From positions 1-64,000 of the forward strand of contig JBFRWN010000015.1 of NCBI GenBank assembly GCA_051439605.1: 64,000 nucleotides of DNA. The letters are read 5' to 3'. The stretch comes from Synechococcus sp. (GTDB lineage: Bacteria; Cyanobacteriota; Cyanobacteriia; Thermostichales; PCC-7336). The position numbers were made by a program, and so were the translations under genes. Under the pieces are notes generated by a model. That model worked only from the letters and a program-made list of their open reading frames with translations. It did not search any database and was not told the DNA's origin. Positions 63,728-64,000 of the stretch are shown here, piece by piece; the first letter of the stretch is position 1, and each line of letters opens with the position of its first letter.

Positions 63728-64000
63728 CTATTCTTTCACAATGTGTGGAGTCATCAGCAGAACTACTTCCCTGCGATCGCTTTCCGTACTTTCGTTCCTA
63801 AACAGAGCACCCAGAAGAGGAATATCACCCAAGATGGGTACTTTCTCAACAGTGACCAGATCTGTATCTTGAATCAGACCCGACAGCACAAACGTTTGAC
63901 CGTCACGCAAGCGAATTTGCTGGGTGTTGAGGGTTCTTTGACTGAGCAAAGTAATCGTGGTTAACCCTAGCTGTTCTTGGCTGGCGGGGGAAGAGACTTG
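63728..64000 (-). CDS. pilQ: Type IV pilus / type II secretion secretin, C-terminal part (5' end beyond window)
   Basis: QIRLRDGQTFVLSGLI ... KVPILGDIPLLGALFR ... RREVVLLMTPHIV. The frame is open to the window edge. Confidence 0.85.
   Translation of the reverse strand, partial: QVSSPASQEQLGLTTITLLSQRTLNTQQIRLRDGQTFVLSGLIQDTDLVTVEKVPILGDIPLLGALFRNESTESDRREVVLLMTPHIVKE

Larger units (their letters stand above)
720..63780. repeat. Dispersed HIP1 octamer GCGATCGC
   Basis: Many copies across the window, e.g. 720-727, 1057-1064, 62285-62292, 63773-63780. Typical of cyanobacterial genomes. Confidence 0.9.

Noticed and set aside
1..64000. CRISPR array, prophage or defence island
   Set aside because: No regularly spaced repeats and no cas, phage or defence-like genes were seen.

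Overview
A cyanobacterial chromosomal window made mostly of housekeeping genes. Evidence for the lineage: split rpoC1/rpoC2, psaF-psaJ-psaL, chlM and frequent HIP1 octamers (GCGATCGC). It contains rpsT-tatD-rpoB-rpoC1-rpoC2, glgX, mdh, nfuA, rplS, glcE-glcF, clpS, cdsA, purL, ssb, nnr, tsaD, tRNA-Pro(GGG) and the 3' end of a secretin gene (pilQ-like). The ORF track misses several features: the 3' end of an IS1 element inserted into an IS630 transposase at the left edge, psaJ, a probable PsrR1 small RNA, and a 303-bp non-coding element with TGT...ACA ends and symmetric internal repeats (MITE-like). The most unusual coding items are two apparent pseudo-enzymes (an S41 protease lacking catalytic Ser and Lys, and a HAD-IIB phosphatase lacking its nucleophile Asp), a stand-alone lysine 2,3-aminomutase, and an exported Ig-like plus c-type cytochrome protein directly downstream of the secretin gene. 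I found no CRISPR array, prophage or clear multi-gene novel system. Family assignments come from recognising motifs by eye, not from database searches.
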